From the NCBI GenBank assembly GCA_963730605.1, contig CAVSSM010000007.1, positions 1-64,000 on the forward strand: DNA of 64,000 bases, in the 5' to 3' direction. The stretch is from an uncultured Chlamydiae bacterium. Its GTDB lineage: Bacteria > Chlamydiota > Chlamydiia > Chlamydiales > SM23-39. The position numbers were made by a program, and so were the translations under genes. A model generated the notes under the pieces. It saw only the letters and a list, made by a program, of their open reading frames with translations. It was not told the DNA's origin and made no database searches. Each line of letters opens with the position of its first letter. The stretch's first letter is position 1. Below are positions 21,261 through 29,289 of this stretch, piece by piece.

Positions 21261-22592
21261 ATGTTTGGCTCTCTTACTGAAAAATTTCAAAATCTCTTCT
21301 CGGGCCTTTCCGGCAAAAAGACCATGTCCGAAGAAAATATCGGAGATGCAGTCCGCCAGGTTCGCCTTGCCTTGCTCGATGCCGACGTCAATTACAATGT
21401 TGTCAGCCAATTTATCGCAAAAGTTAAGGAAAAGGCGCTGGGCGATGCCGTATTGAAATCGGTAACGCCGGGCCAGCAGTTTATCAAGTTGGTCCACGAC
21501 GAGCTCATCGTCCTGATGGGAACCGATGAGATCCCTCTCGATCTAAAAGGGAAAGTCTCGGTCATCATGGTCTGCGGCCTCCAAGGTTCGGGCAAAACGA
21601 CCTCCTGCGCCAAGTTGGCCGCGTATATCGGGAAGACCGAACCGCACAAAAAGATCCTTCTTGCGGCCTGCGATCTGCAGCGTCCTGCGGCCATTGAGCA
21701 GTTGAAAAAACTGGGAGACGATCTCGGCGTTGCCGTTTTTTCTCAAGAGGGAGAAAAAAATCCTCTCAAAGTCGCGAAGCTGAGCTTCGAAAAAGCCAAG
21801 CAGGAATCGTACGACGTTCTGATTGTCGACACAGCCGGGCGTCTTCATTTGGATGAAGAGCTCATGAAAGAGCTGGAAGAGCTAAAGGCCTTCCTTGCCC
21901 CTCGCGAGACCCTGTTCGTTGCCAGCGCCGCAACTGGCCAAGACGCGGTCCGGACCGCTGCCGAATTCGATAAACGGGTGCAGATTACCGGGACGATTCT
22001 GACGATGCTCGACGGGAGCGCCCGAGCGGGCGCTGCGATCTCGATCCGCGAAGTGACGCAAAAGCCGCTGAAATTCGAAGGGACTGGAGAAAAAGTCGGC
22101 GATTTACAACTTTTCAATCCTCGTTCGATGGCAGACCGGATCCTCGGGATGGGCGATGTGATCAACCTTGTCAAGCGGGCAAAAGAACACATCGATGAAA
22201 AAGAGAGCGAAGAGCTCGAGAAGAAGATCCGCAAAGCAACCTTCACCTATGAAGATTACCTCAAACAGATGGGGATGGTGAAAAAAATGGGGTCTTTCAA
22301 AAGCATCCTGAAAATGATGCCCGGGTTGGGCTCTTTGGGGGATCTCGATTTTTCCGATAAAGAATTCGGCAAAATGGAGGCGATGATCCTCTCTATGACC
22401 CTACGCGAAAGACAAGAAAAAGATGAACTTGAATTTTCTCGGCGCAAACGGGTCGCGAAGGGGAGCGGCGTCGATATCGAAGATGTAAACCGCTTAGTGA
22501 AAGGTTTTAAGAGGGTCAAGCAGCTTTTTAAAAATATGCCGGACCTAAAAGGAAAAATGAAGAAGGGAAGAATAAATGGCATTGATTATTAG
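21261..22592 (+). CDS. ffh: Signal recognition particle protein
   Basis: GLQGSGKTT, DTAGR and RILGMGDV motifs; M domain. Confidence 0.97.
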   Translation: MFGSLTEKFQNLFSGLSGKKTMSEENIGDAVRQVRLALLDADVNYNVVSQFIAKVKEKALGDAVLKSVTPGQQFIKLVHDELIVLMGTDEIPLDLKGKVSVIMVCGLQGSGKTTSCAKLAAYIGKTEPHKKILLAACDLQRPAAIEQLKKLGDDLGVAVFSQEGEKNPLKVAKLSFEKAKQESYDVLIVDTAGRLHLDEELMKELEELKAFLAPRETLFVASAATGQDAVRTAAEFDKRVQITGTILTMLDGSARAGAAISIREVTQKPLKFEGTGEKVGDLQLFNPRSMADRILGMGDVINLVKRAKEHIDEKESEELEKKIRKATFTYEDYLKQMGMVKKMGSFKSILKMMPGLGSLGDLDFSDKEFGKMEAMILSMTLRERQEKDELEFSRRKRVAKGSGVDIEDVNRLVKGFKRVKQLFKNMPDLKGKMKKGRINGIDY

Positions 22593-22902
22593 AATGAGAC
22601 AGCAAGGCGCGAATAGCCGCCAGAGATTCCGGATTGTCGTAACCGACGTCAGATATCCAAGAGACGGCAAATATGTCGAGAAGCTCGGATGGTATAATCC
22701 ATTCGCTCCGAATGAGAAAAACTATTTTCTAGACGTTGCCCGCCTCCAATTTTGGCTCGACAATGGCGCCCAAATCAGCGACCGCGTCCGCTCTCTTGTC
22801 AAGGCGGCGGCTCCTGACATTGTAAAGCAGATGACGGAAAAAGAGGTAGCTAAGCGCGCCAAGGCTAGGGCCAAGCGCAAGAAGAAAACGGAAAAGGACT
22901 AA
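22576..22902 (+). CDS. rpsP: 30S ribosomal protein S16
   Basis: RIVVTD.R.PRDGKYVE.LGWYNP motif. Confidence 0.96.
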   Translation: MALIIRMRQQGANSRQRFRIVVTDVRYPRDGKYVEKLGWYNPFAPNEKNYFLDVARLQFWLDNGAQISDRVRSLVKAAAPDIVKQMTEKEVAKRAKARAKRKKKTEKD

Positions 22903-23140
22903 CCCGGCATTCAAATAGGTGGCAACAAATGGGTCAGCGAGGCAAAGCCAGATCGAAGCGAAGCGTTCCGTACGAGCGACGACCATTGCTGAATAGCAAG
23001 GCAAGCGAGGCTGCGGAAACGCGAGAAGGTCCAGCGGACCTTCGCAGCGCGGAGCAGATGAGCGAATGCGAATCGGCCCGGAGGGATCGATATGGCAAAG
23101 CCGCAGCAAGCCATTTGTCGCCTATTTGGAGGACGGGTTA
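22900..23140. mobile_element. MITE-C (241 bp, TA ends, CTAG site) sharing an internal module with MITE-A
   Basis: TAACCCG-N5-CAAATAGG..ACAAATGG at both ends, inverted; internal GGCTGCGGAAAC..GAAGGTCC-loop-GGACCTTCGCAG..GGAGCAGATGAGCG as in MITE-A. Confidence 0.82.
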
Positions 23141-23147
23141 GTAACCG

Positions 23148-23825
23148 GTGCTGATCGATATCCTGTCGCTTTTTCCCGAATATTTTCGCGGCCCCTTTGA
23201 TGTCAGCATGCTGATCCGGGCCCGGGATAAAGGACTCATCGAGATCCGCCACACGGATATCCGGGATTTCGCTGAGAACAAGCATCAGCGGGTCGACGAC
23301 CGCCCCTTTGGAGGCGGGCCGGGAATGGTGATGAAGCCGGATGCGGTTGTCAGGGCAATCCGGAGCGTTAGGAAACCGGGATCTCGTGTGGTTTTTCTAA
23401 CGCCCCAGGGGTTGACTTTAAGCGCGGCAAAGTGCGAGGAGTTAGCTCGCCATGAACATCTGATCCTCCTTTGCGGGCATTATGAAGGGATCGATGAACG
23501 GGCGATCCAAATCGGAGTAGATGAGGAGATCAGCATTGGCGATTACGTGCTGACGAATGGGTGCGCCGCCGCGATCGTCTTAGTAGACGCCGTTTCCCGC
23601 TTTATCCCTGGGGTGATCGGGCACCCGGATGCAGTCCGCGAGGATTCATTCCAAAACGGGATCTTCGACGCGCCGCATTACACGCGCCCTGAGGTGTTCG
23701 AAGGGTTAAGTGTGCCTCCTGTCTTGCTCGGGGGGAACCATGCCGAGATCCAGAAATGGCGAAAAAAAGAAGCTATAAAAAAAACAAGCCGGATACGGCC
23801 TGAACTAGTTAAGGAGAGACCATGA
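23148..23825 (+). CDS. trmD: tRNA (guanine-N1)-methyltransferase
   Basis: VDDRPFGGGPGM, LCGHYEGIDER and SIGDYVL motifs. Confidence 0.97.
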   Translation: MLIDILSLFPEYFRGPFDVSMLIRARDKGLIEIRHTDIRDFAENKHQRVDDRPFGGGPGMVMKPDAVVRAIRSVRKPGSRVVFLTPQGLTLSAAKCEELARHEHLILLCGHYEGIDERAIQIGVDEEISIGDYVLTNGCAAAIVLVDAVSRFIPGVIGHPDAVREDSFQNGIFDAPHYTRPEVFEGLSVPPVLLGGNHAEIQKWRKKEAIKKTSRIRPELVKERP

Positions 23826-24235
23826 GCCGCAACCCTGCGATCGTAGAGATCGAAGCTCACTATTTGAAAAAAGAAGTTCCCATTTTTAAGATCGGCGATA
23901 CAGTCCGCGTCAATACGCGGATCGTCGAAGGGGATAAGGAACGGATTCAGGCCTTTACCGGCACTGTGATCGCAAAGAAGGGCACCGGCCTTTCAGAATC
24001 ATTCACGATCTACCGCACCGCTTATGGTTCGAGCATGGACCGGGTTTTCTTGATCCACAGCCCGCGCATTGCGAGCGTGGAGGTGATCCGTTCCGGCAAA
24101 GTGCGCCGCGCGAAACTTTACTACTTGCGCGGAAAAGCGGGCAAAGCGACGAAACTCCGCGAATTATACGTTGCGGAAGGCGAAGAAGCCGCTGCCGCTC
24201 CGCCGCAAGCCGAATCCGCTCCTTCTGAAAATTAA
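23822..24235 (+). CDS. rplS: 50S ribosomal protein L19
   Basis: GDTVRV..RIQAF.G and VRRAKLYYLR motifs. Confidence 0.97.
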   Translation: MSRNPAIVEIEAHYLKKEVPIFKIGDTVRVNTRIVEGDKERIQAFTGTVIAKKGTGLSESFTIYRTAYGSSMDRVFLIHSPRIASVEVIRSGKVRRAKLYYLRGKAGKATKLRELYVAEGEEAAAAPPQAESAPSEN

Positions 24236-24274
24236 TTCTTTTTTTAAAAGCTCCGCCCGTTTTAGATTTGCTGC

Positions 24275-24967
24275 ATGTGGCAAGTTATTTCCAAGGCGGA
24301 GCTTTCTCGTCTACAAGCCATGTCCATGTATGAAAAGCGTCTGATCGCAGATGGATATACTCTCATCGCAGGAATCGACGAGGCGGGCCGAGGGCCCTTA
24401 GCGGGACCGGTCGTCGCCGCGGCCTGCATTCTTCCCCAAAAGGCGATGTTCGAGCATCTCAATGACAGCAAGCAACTCACGCCAGAAAGGCGCGAGCTCC
24501 TTTACGCCGAAATCACAACGCATCCGGAAACTCATTATGGGTTAGGGCTCATCGATGTCGAAACGATCGACCGCGTCAATATTTTGCAAGCGACCTTTTT
24601 GGCCATGCAGCAAGCGGTCTCTCAGTTAAAGATTGTCCCCGATCATCTTTTGATCGACGGCAACCAGTTGCCTTCCTTCGCAATCCCGGCTCTTGGCGTT
24701 GTAGAAGGGGATGCTCATTCCATTTCCATTGCGGCCGCTTCCATCCTAGCAAAAGTGACCCGCGATCGGCTGATGGTGCAATGGGATAGCAAATGGCCCG
24801 AATATGGGTTCAAAAAGCATAAAGGCTACGCGACTCCGGAACATGTGGAAGCTCTTCGCAAGTACGGACCCTGTCCGCTCCATCGGAAATCGTTCGAACC
24901 TGTGAAATCAGAGTTTAGCTCTTCGCTCAAGGCAGTACTGCGCAAAAAGCGATGCATAGAGGCATGA
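24275..24967 (+). CDS. rnhB: Ribonuclease HII
   Basis: GIDEAGRGPLAGPV, DSKQL, IAAASILAKVTRD and HKGY motifs. Confidence 0.96.
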   Translation: MWQVISKAELSRLQAMSMYEKRLIADGYTLIAGIDEAGRGPLAGPVVAAACILPQKAMFEHLNDSKQLTPERRELLYAEITTHPETHYGLGLIDVETIDRVNILQATFLAMQQAVSQLKIVPDHLLIDGNQLPSFAIPALGVVEGDAHSISIAAASILAKVTRDRLMVQWDSKWPEYGFKKHKGYATPEHVEALRKYGPCPLHRKSFEPVKSEFSSSLKAVLRKKRCIEA

Positions 24968-25202
24968 GAGTGCCACTTGCAAGGCAAAGAACAACACAAG
25001 GCAGAGAAATGATGAGATGGTTTCTTTCTGTCACTTCACTCGCTTGAATTCTTTTTGCTTCAGCCTTTGGCATCCAATCCATCGCTGCCAAGGTAGATAG
25101 GACTAGTGCTGTCCTTGCAGAATTTTGGATCACTGCTGATGCAGGATTGAAACCTGCAGAGTATCCGGCATGATTTGTTAAACTAACACCTGATGATAAC
25201 AT
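24927..25202 (-). CDS. Small secreted-type protein with twin CX3C motif
   Basis: GGAGG RBS upstream; hydrophobic segment ending MPKAEA; CVVLC-X9-CIAFC. Confidence 0.6.
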   Translation of the reverse strand: MLSSGVSLTNHAGYSAGFNPASAVIQNSARTALVLSTLAAMDWMPKAEAKRIQASEVTERNHLIISLPCVVLCLASGTLMPLCIAFCAVLP

Positions 25203-25417
25203 AGCATCCTCCTTTTAAGGGCTAGAAAAGCTTACAATATGCCTCGATTTATCGCAAACGAAAATGTAATCGATTCAATATCAAAATATTGACGCTGGGC
25301 GCCGCGATAGAGTTGCCGCCCTGCTCGATCTTTCATGAGCTCATGTATGTTCAGATGGATTTCATTGACATGGATGCGATATCTACTCTAGTATAGGCAA
25401 AATGGTGGAATAGTCTC

Positions 25418-26290
25418 ATGCTAGCCAGCATGACGGGCTTCGGGCGCGCGGGTCTAGATGCTCCTTTCGGGAGGCTGGTCGCCGAGATCCAGTCAGTCAA
25501 TCGCAAATATCTGGAAATTTTCGTCTCCTTGCCGAAGGAATTCGGAAGGTTCGAATACGACACTCGCACATGGGTTGGTGAAAAGATCTCAAGAGGCCAA
25601 ATTTCCGTGCGTCTCCATGTGATTCCAAGCGAAGGCGCCGTCCTGCAGCAGCTTCCCGATCCCAAGCAGCTTAAGGCTTTGAAGCGAGGTTGGGAGAAGA
25701 TTGCAAAGACCCTTGGCTACGATCCCGCAAAAATCGACCTCCCTTTCCTCATGCTCTATTCTCCCATCGAACAAAAATCGTTTGCGGAAGACAAGGACCT
25801 ACCCTTCATAGAAAAGTGTGTGAAAGAGGCAATGGATGGTTTATGCAAGATGAAGGTCAAAGAAGGAAAGGCGCTCGCAGCGGACGTGTCGAAGCGGCTC
25901 GCCTCCCTGAAGAAAAATCTCAAAGAGATCGAATCGCTCGCCCCCGAAGCCGCGGATCGGATGAGGAAAAGTCTTCAGGGCAAAATGAAAGAGCTACAAG
26001 AGAGCTCTGAGCTTGATGAGAGGATTCTGAGGGAAACCCTTCTTTTTGCAGACCGGATCGATATCACAGAAGAGATCACGCGGCTCTCCTCTCATTTCAA
26101 TCAGTTTCTTGGAATGTTGAACACAAAAGAAAAAACGATCGGCAGGAAGATGGATTTTTTAATCCAAGAGATGGGGCGAGAAATCAATACCATCGGTTCA
26201 AAATCGCTTGATGCAAAAATCTCCTATCTTGTCGTCGAAATGAAGAGCGAACTCGAAAAAATCCGGGAACAAATACAGAATATTGAATGA
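25418..26290 (+). CDS. yicC: YicC/YloC-family endoribonuclease
   Basis: SMTGFG, SVNRKYLE and GRKMDFLIQEMGREINTIGSK..REQIQNIE motifs. Confidence 0.93.
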   Translation: MLASMTGFGRAGLDAPFGRLVAEIQSVNRKYLEIFVSLPKEFGRFEYDTRTWVGEKISRGQISVRLHVIPSEGAVLQQLPDPKQLKALKRGWEKIAKTLGYDPAKIDLPFLMLYSPIEQKSFAEDKDLPFIEKCVKEAMDGLCKMKVKEGKALAADVSKRLASLKKNLKEIESLAPEAADRMRKSLQGKMKELQESSELDERILRETLLFADRIDITEEITRLSSHFNQFLGMLNTKEKTIGRKMDFLIQEMGREINTIGSKSLDAKISYLVVEMKSELEKIREQIQNIE

Positions 26291-26877
26291 AGCTGCTCGG
26301 TGGATTAGATCAGGGGCTGATTTTCGTCGTGAGCGCCCCCGCGGGAACAGGGAAGACGACATTAGTCCGGATGCTCACTCATGAGTTCGATTGCGTCGTG
26401 GAGAGTGTTTCGTACACGACGCGCAAGATCCGGCCCAATGAAATTGAGGGCCGCGACTACCATTTTGTGAGTGACGCTGAATTCCAAAAAATGGCAGCCG
26501 CAGGGGAGTTCCTTGAGCATGCCCAAGTGTTCGGCAATCACTATGGAACATCGCAAAAAGCAGTCCAAAAGTGGATAAGACAAGGAAAGCATGTCGTCCT
26601 CGTCATCGATACGCAAGGAGCCCAGCTTCTCAAACCTAACCTGAAAGCGGTCTATATTTTTATCTGCCCCCCCAATTTCGAGGAGCTTAAAAAAAGGCTG
26701 CATGGAAGGCAATCGGAGAACCATGAATCGATCTCGACCCGCCTTTCCTGGGCCGAGAAGGAGATGGAGGCCGCCAAGCACTACGACTATCAGATCGTAA
26801 ATGAAAATTTGAAACTGGCCTACGAGATCTTTCGTTCCATCTTTATCGCCGAGGAACATAGAATTAGGTTGAAGTAA
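26287..26877 (+). CDS. gmk: Guanylate kinase
   Basis: SAPAGTGKTT, SYTTR..R..E..G.DYHF and YGT motifs. Confidence 0.96.
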   Translation: MKLLGGLDQGLIFVVSAPAGTGKTTLVRMLTHEFDCVVESVSYTTRKIRPNEIEGRDYHFVSDAEFQKMAAAGEFLEHAQVFGNHYGTSQKAVQKWIRQGKHVVLVIDTQGAQLLKPNLKAVYIFICPPNFEELKKRLHGRQSENHESISTRLSWAEKEMEAAKHYDYQIVNENLKLAYEIFRSIFIAEEHRIRLK

Positions 26878-26916
26878 ACCCTATTTTCGCCGATGCTATC
26901 TGCAAAGGTGAAAAAA

Positions 26917-27093
26917 ATGTACCCAGATTCCTTAACGACCGAGCGTTTAAGAAAGAAGTTTAAAAACAACTTCAACCTCTGCAATTTCGCCATTAATGTT
27001 GGCCGAAATATTATTATGGGCGGCACCCAGTCGAGTTTGGGGGAGATATTAAATGCCGTAGAGGCCCGTGCCGATGAAGAGGCCAAAAAATAG
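26917..27093 (+). CDS. rpoZ: Probable RNA polymerase omega subunit (chlamydial type)
   Basis: Lies between gmk and metG; LTTERL.K.F...F.L.N pattern as recalled for chlamydial omega. Confidence 0.65.
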   Translation: MYPDSLTTERLRKKFKNNFNLCNFAINVGRNIIMGGTQSSLGEILNAVEARADEEAKK

Positions 27094-27103
27094 GCGGTCG
27101 TTC

Positions 27104-29137
27104 GTGAAAAGAGTCCTCATCACTTCGGCTTTGCCTTACGCGAATGGGCCTCTTCACTTTGGCCATATTGCCGGGGCCTATCTCCCTGCAGATTGCTATG
27201 CCCGCTTTCAGCGCCTCATCGGGAGTGAAGTTCTCTATATCTGCGGCTCCGATGAATTCGGGGTTGCCATAACACTGAGCGCCGACCTCGCTAAGCGGAC
27301 TCCCAAGGACCACGTCGACCTATTCCACGGGATCATTAAAGCCCTCTTTGAAAAACTCCATTTTTCATTTAACTACTACAGCCGGACCACTTGGCCAGGG
27401 CATATCCCAGTCGTTCAAGAATTTTTTAAAGCCTTGGAAGATAAGGGATACATCGAAGAAAAAACCGAAAACCATCTCTATTCGGAAACGGAAGCAAGGT
27501 TCCTGGCCGACCGCTACGTTGTAGGAACTTGTCCCAAATGCGGCTTTGAGGAAGCCCGCGGTGATGAATGCCAAAGATGCGCTAGCTCCTTTGAGGCGAC
27601 CGATTTGAAAAATCCCCGCTCCAAGCTGACCGGATCGCCGCTGGTATTGAAACCGAGCACGCACCTCTACCTCCGGTATGACCTGTTCAAGGAGCGGCTG
27701 GCCAAGTGGATTCAATCCAAGGACTGGAAAGAAAGCGTCGTTAATTTTGCTATGCGTTACGTCGAAGACCTAAAGCCCCGCGCGATTACCCGCGACTCCG
27801 AATGGGGTGTTCCTGTCCCCGGGCGTCCTGGAAAAGTATTTTATGTCTGGTTCGACGCAGTGATCGGGTATGTCTCCGCGACCAAGGAATGGGCGGAAAA
27901 TTTAGGCAAGCCCGACCGCTGGAAGGATTTTTGGCTGGAGCCTAAGACAAAGCTCATTCAATTCATCGGCAAAGACAACATCCCGTTTCACGCGGTCTTT
28001 TTCCCCGCGATGCTGATGGCTCAGGACTTGCCCTACAAACTTCCTGACGAGATCCCCGCCAACGAATTCCTCCTGCTTGAAGGAAGGCAATTTTCCAAGT
28101 CTGACGGATGGATGATCGACCTTGACGATTTTTTTGCCAAATACACCCCTGACCAAGCCCGCTACGCGCTCGCTGCGAACGCGCCCGAAACAGCCGATTC
28201 TGAATTTAGCTGGAAAGATTTTCAAAAACGATGCAATGCCGAGCTGCTTGGAAAGTTCGGGAACTTCATCAACAGGGTTCTTGTCTTCGCAAAAACTCAC
28301 TCTGCCTCCATTGTGCCGCCTCTCGGCGAGCTCCAGGCCGAAGATAAGCATTTTCTCAATGAGATCTCTTTGATCCTGGAACTGATCTCCGGCAGCTATT
28401 CCGCTTTCCACTTAAGGAAGGCGTGCCAGCATCTGATGGAGCTTGCCCAGTTGGGGAACACCTATTTCGACGCGAAAAAGCCATGGGCGTTAGTGAAAGA
28501 CCCATCCCAGCGCGCAGCTCTCGACACGACCATCGCCGCCAGCATCTCTTGCATCATCCGGTTAGCATTAGCCGTCTCTCCGATCATCCCTGAGACGGCT
28601 CAGAAAATTTGGCATATGCTCGGTTTCAAGACCGATCTTGCTAAACAAAATTGGCAAACGATTCAGTCGATGCCCCATCCTGTCGGCATGAAACTTGGGG
28701 AGCCTGAGATCCTCTTCCGCAAGGTGGAAGATGAGGAAGTCGAAGAGCAAATCGCCAAACTCGGCAGCATTGCAAAGCAGCCGCTGAAACCCCAAACAAG
28801 TATGCATCCAGTAAAAGCCCCTATTCAATTTGACCAGATTGAAAAACTCGATCTCCGCATTGCGCAAATCCTCGAAGCGGTAAAAGTTCCGAAGTCAAAA
28901 AAGCTTCTCAAGCTCCTCCTCGACCTCGGCTTTGAGAAGAGGACGGTCGTTTCAGGGATCGCCCTTTCTTACGAGCCCGCGCAACTTGTCGGCAAAAAAG
29001 TCATTCTTGTCGCCAACCTTGCGCCCTCTACGATCATGGGGATCGAAAGCCAGGGGATGATTCTCGCCGCATCCTTTGATTCAGGTCTGGAGCTCCCGCT
29101 GATCCAAGCTCTTCCCCCCGGCAGCTCGGTCTCTTAG
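27104..29137 (+). CDS. metG: Methionyl-tRNA synthetase with C-terminal tRNA-binding domain
   Basis: TSALPYANGPLHFGH, Zn knuckles, WFDA, FSKS and C-terminal OB fold; GTG start inferred. Confidence 0.96.
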   Translation: MKRVLITSALPYANGPLHFGHIAGAYLPADCYARFQRLIGSEVLYICGSDEFGVAITLSADLAKRTPKDHVDLFHGIIKALFEKLHFSFNYYSRTTWPGHIPVVQEFFKALEDKGYIEEKTENHLYSETEARFLADRYVVGTCPKCGFEEARGDECQRCASSFEATDLKNPRSKLTGSPLVLKPSTHLYLRYDLFKERLAKWIQSKDWKESVVNFAMRYVEDLKPRAITRDSEWGVPVPGRPGKVFYVWFDAVIGYVSATKEWAENLGKPDRWKDFWLEPKTKLIQFIGKDNIPFHAVFFPAMLMAQDLPYKLPDEIPANEFLLLEGRQFSKSDGWMIDLDDFFAKYTPDQARYALAANAPETADSEFSWKDFQKRCNAELLGKFGNFINRVLVFAKTHSASIVPPLGELQAEDKHFLNEISLILELISGSYSAFHLRKACQHLMELAQLGNTYFDAKKPWALVKDPSQRAALDTTIAASISCIIRLALAVSPIIPETAQKIWHMLGFKTDLAKQNWQTIQSMPHPVGMKLGEPEILFRKVEDEEVEEQIAKLGSIAKQPLKPQTSMHPVKAPIQFDQIEKLDLRIAQILEAVKVPKSKKLLKLLLDLGFEKRTVVSGIALSYEPAQLVGKKVILVANLAPSTIMGIESQGMILAASFDSGLELPLIQALPPGSSVS

Positions 29138-29274
29138 AACCTGTCCTAAAACCCTGAGTTACCGTCTTCGGTCCCTTTTCGCGATCTTTCGCTTTCCGAC
29201 ACCTCATCAAGCAAGCGAAATTTCATCGAAAATGGCTGCCGAATCCGGCAGACTGATGGTTTTAGGACAGGTTC
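29137..29274. mobile_element. MITE-B-related element (138 bp, TIR GAACCTGTCCTAAAACC, TTA duplication)
   Basis: Perfect 17-bp TIR; TTA on both sides; end resembles GAACCTATCCT of MITE-B. Confidence 0.82.
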
Positions 29275-29289
29275 TTAGGGCACGCTTCA

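Noticed and set aside
22911..23141. rimM or another gene between rpsP and trmD
   Set aside because: The interval is fully accounted for by MITE-C and its translation has no RimM features
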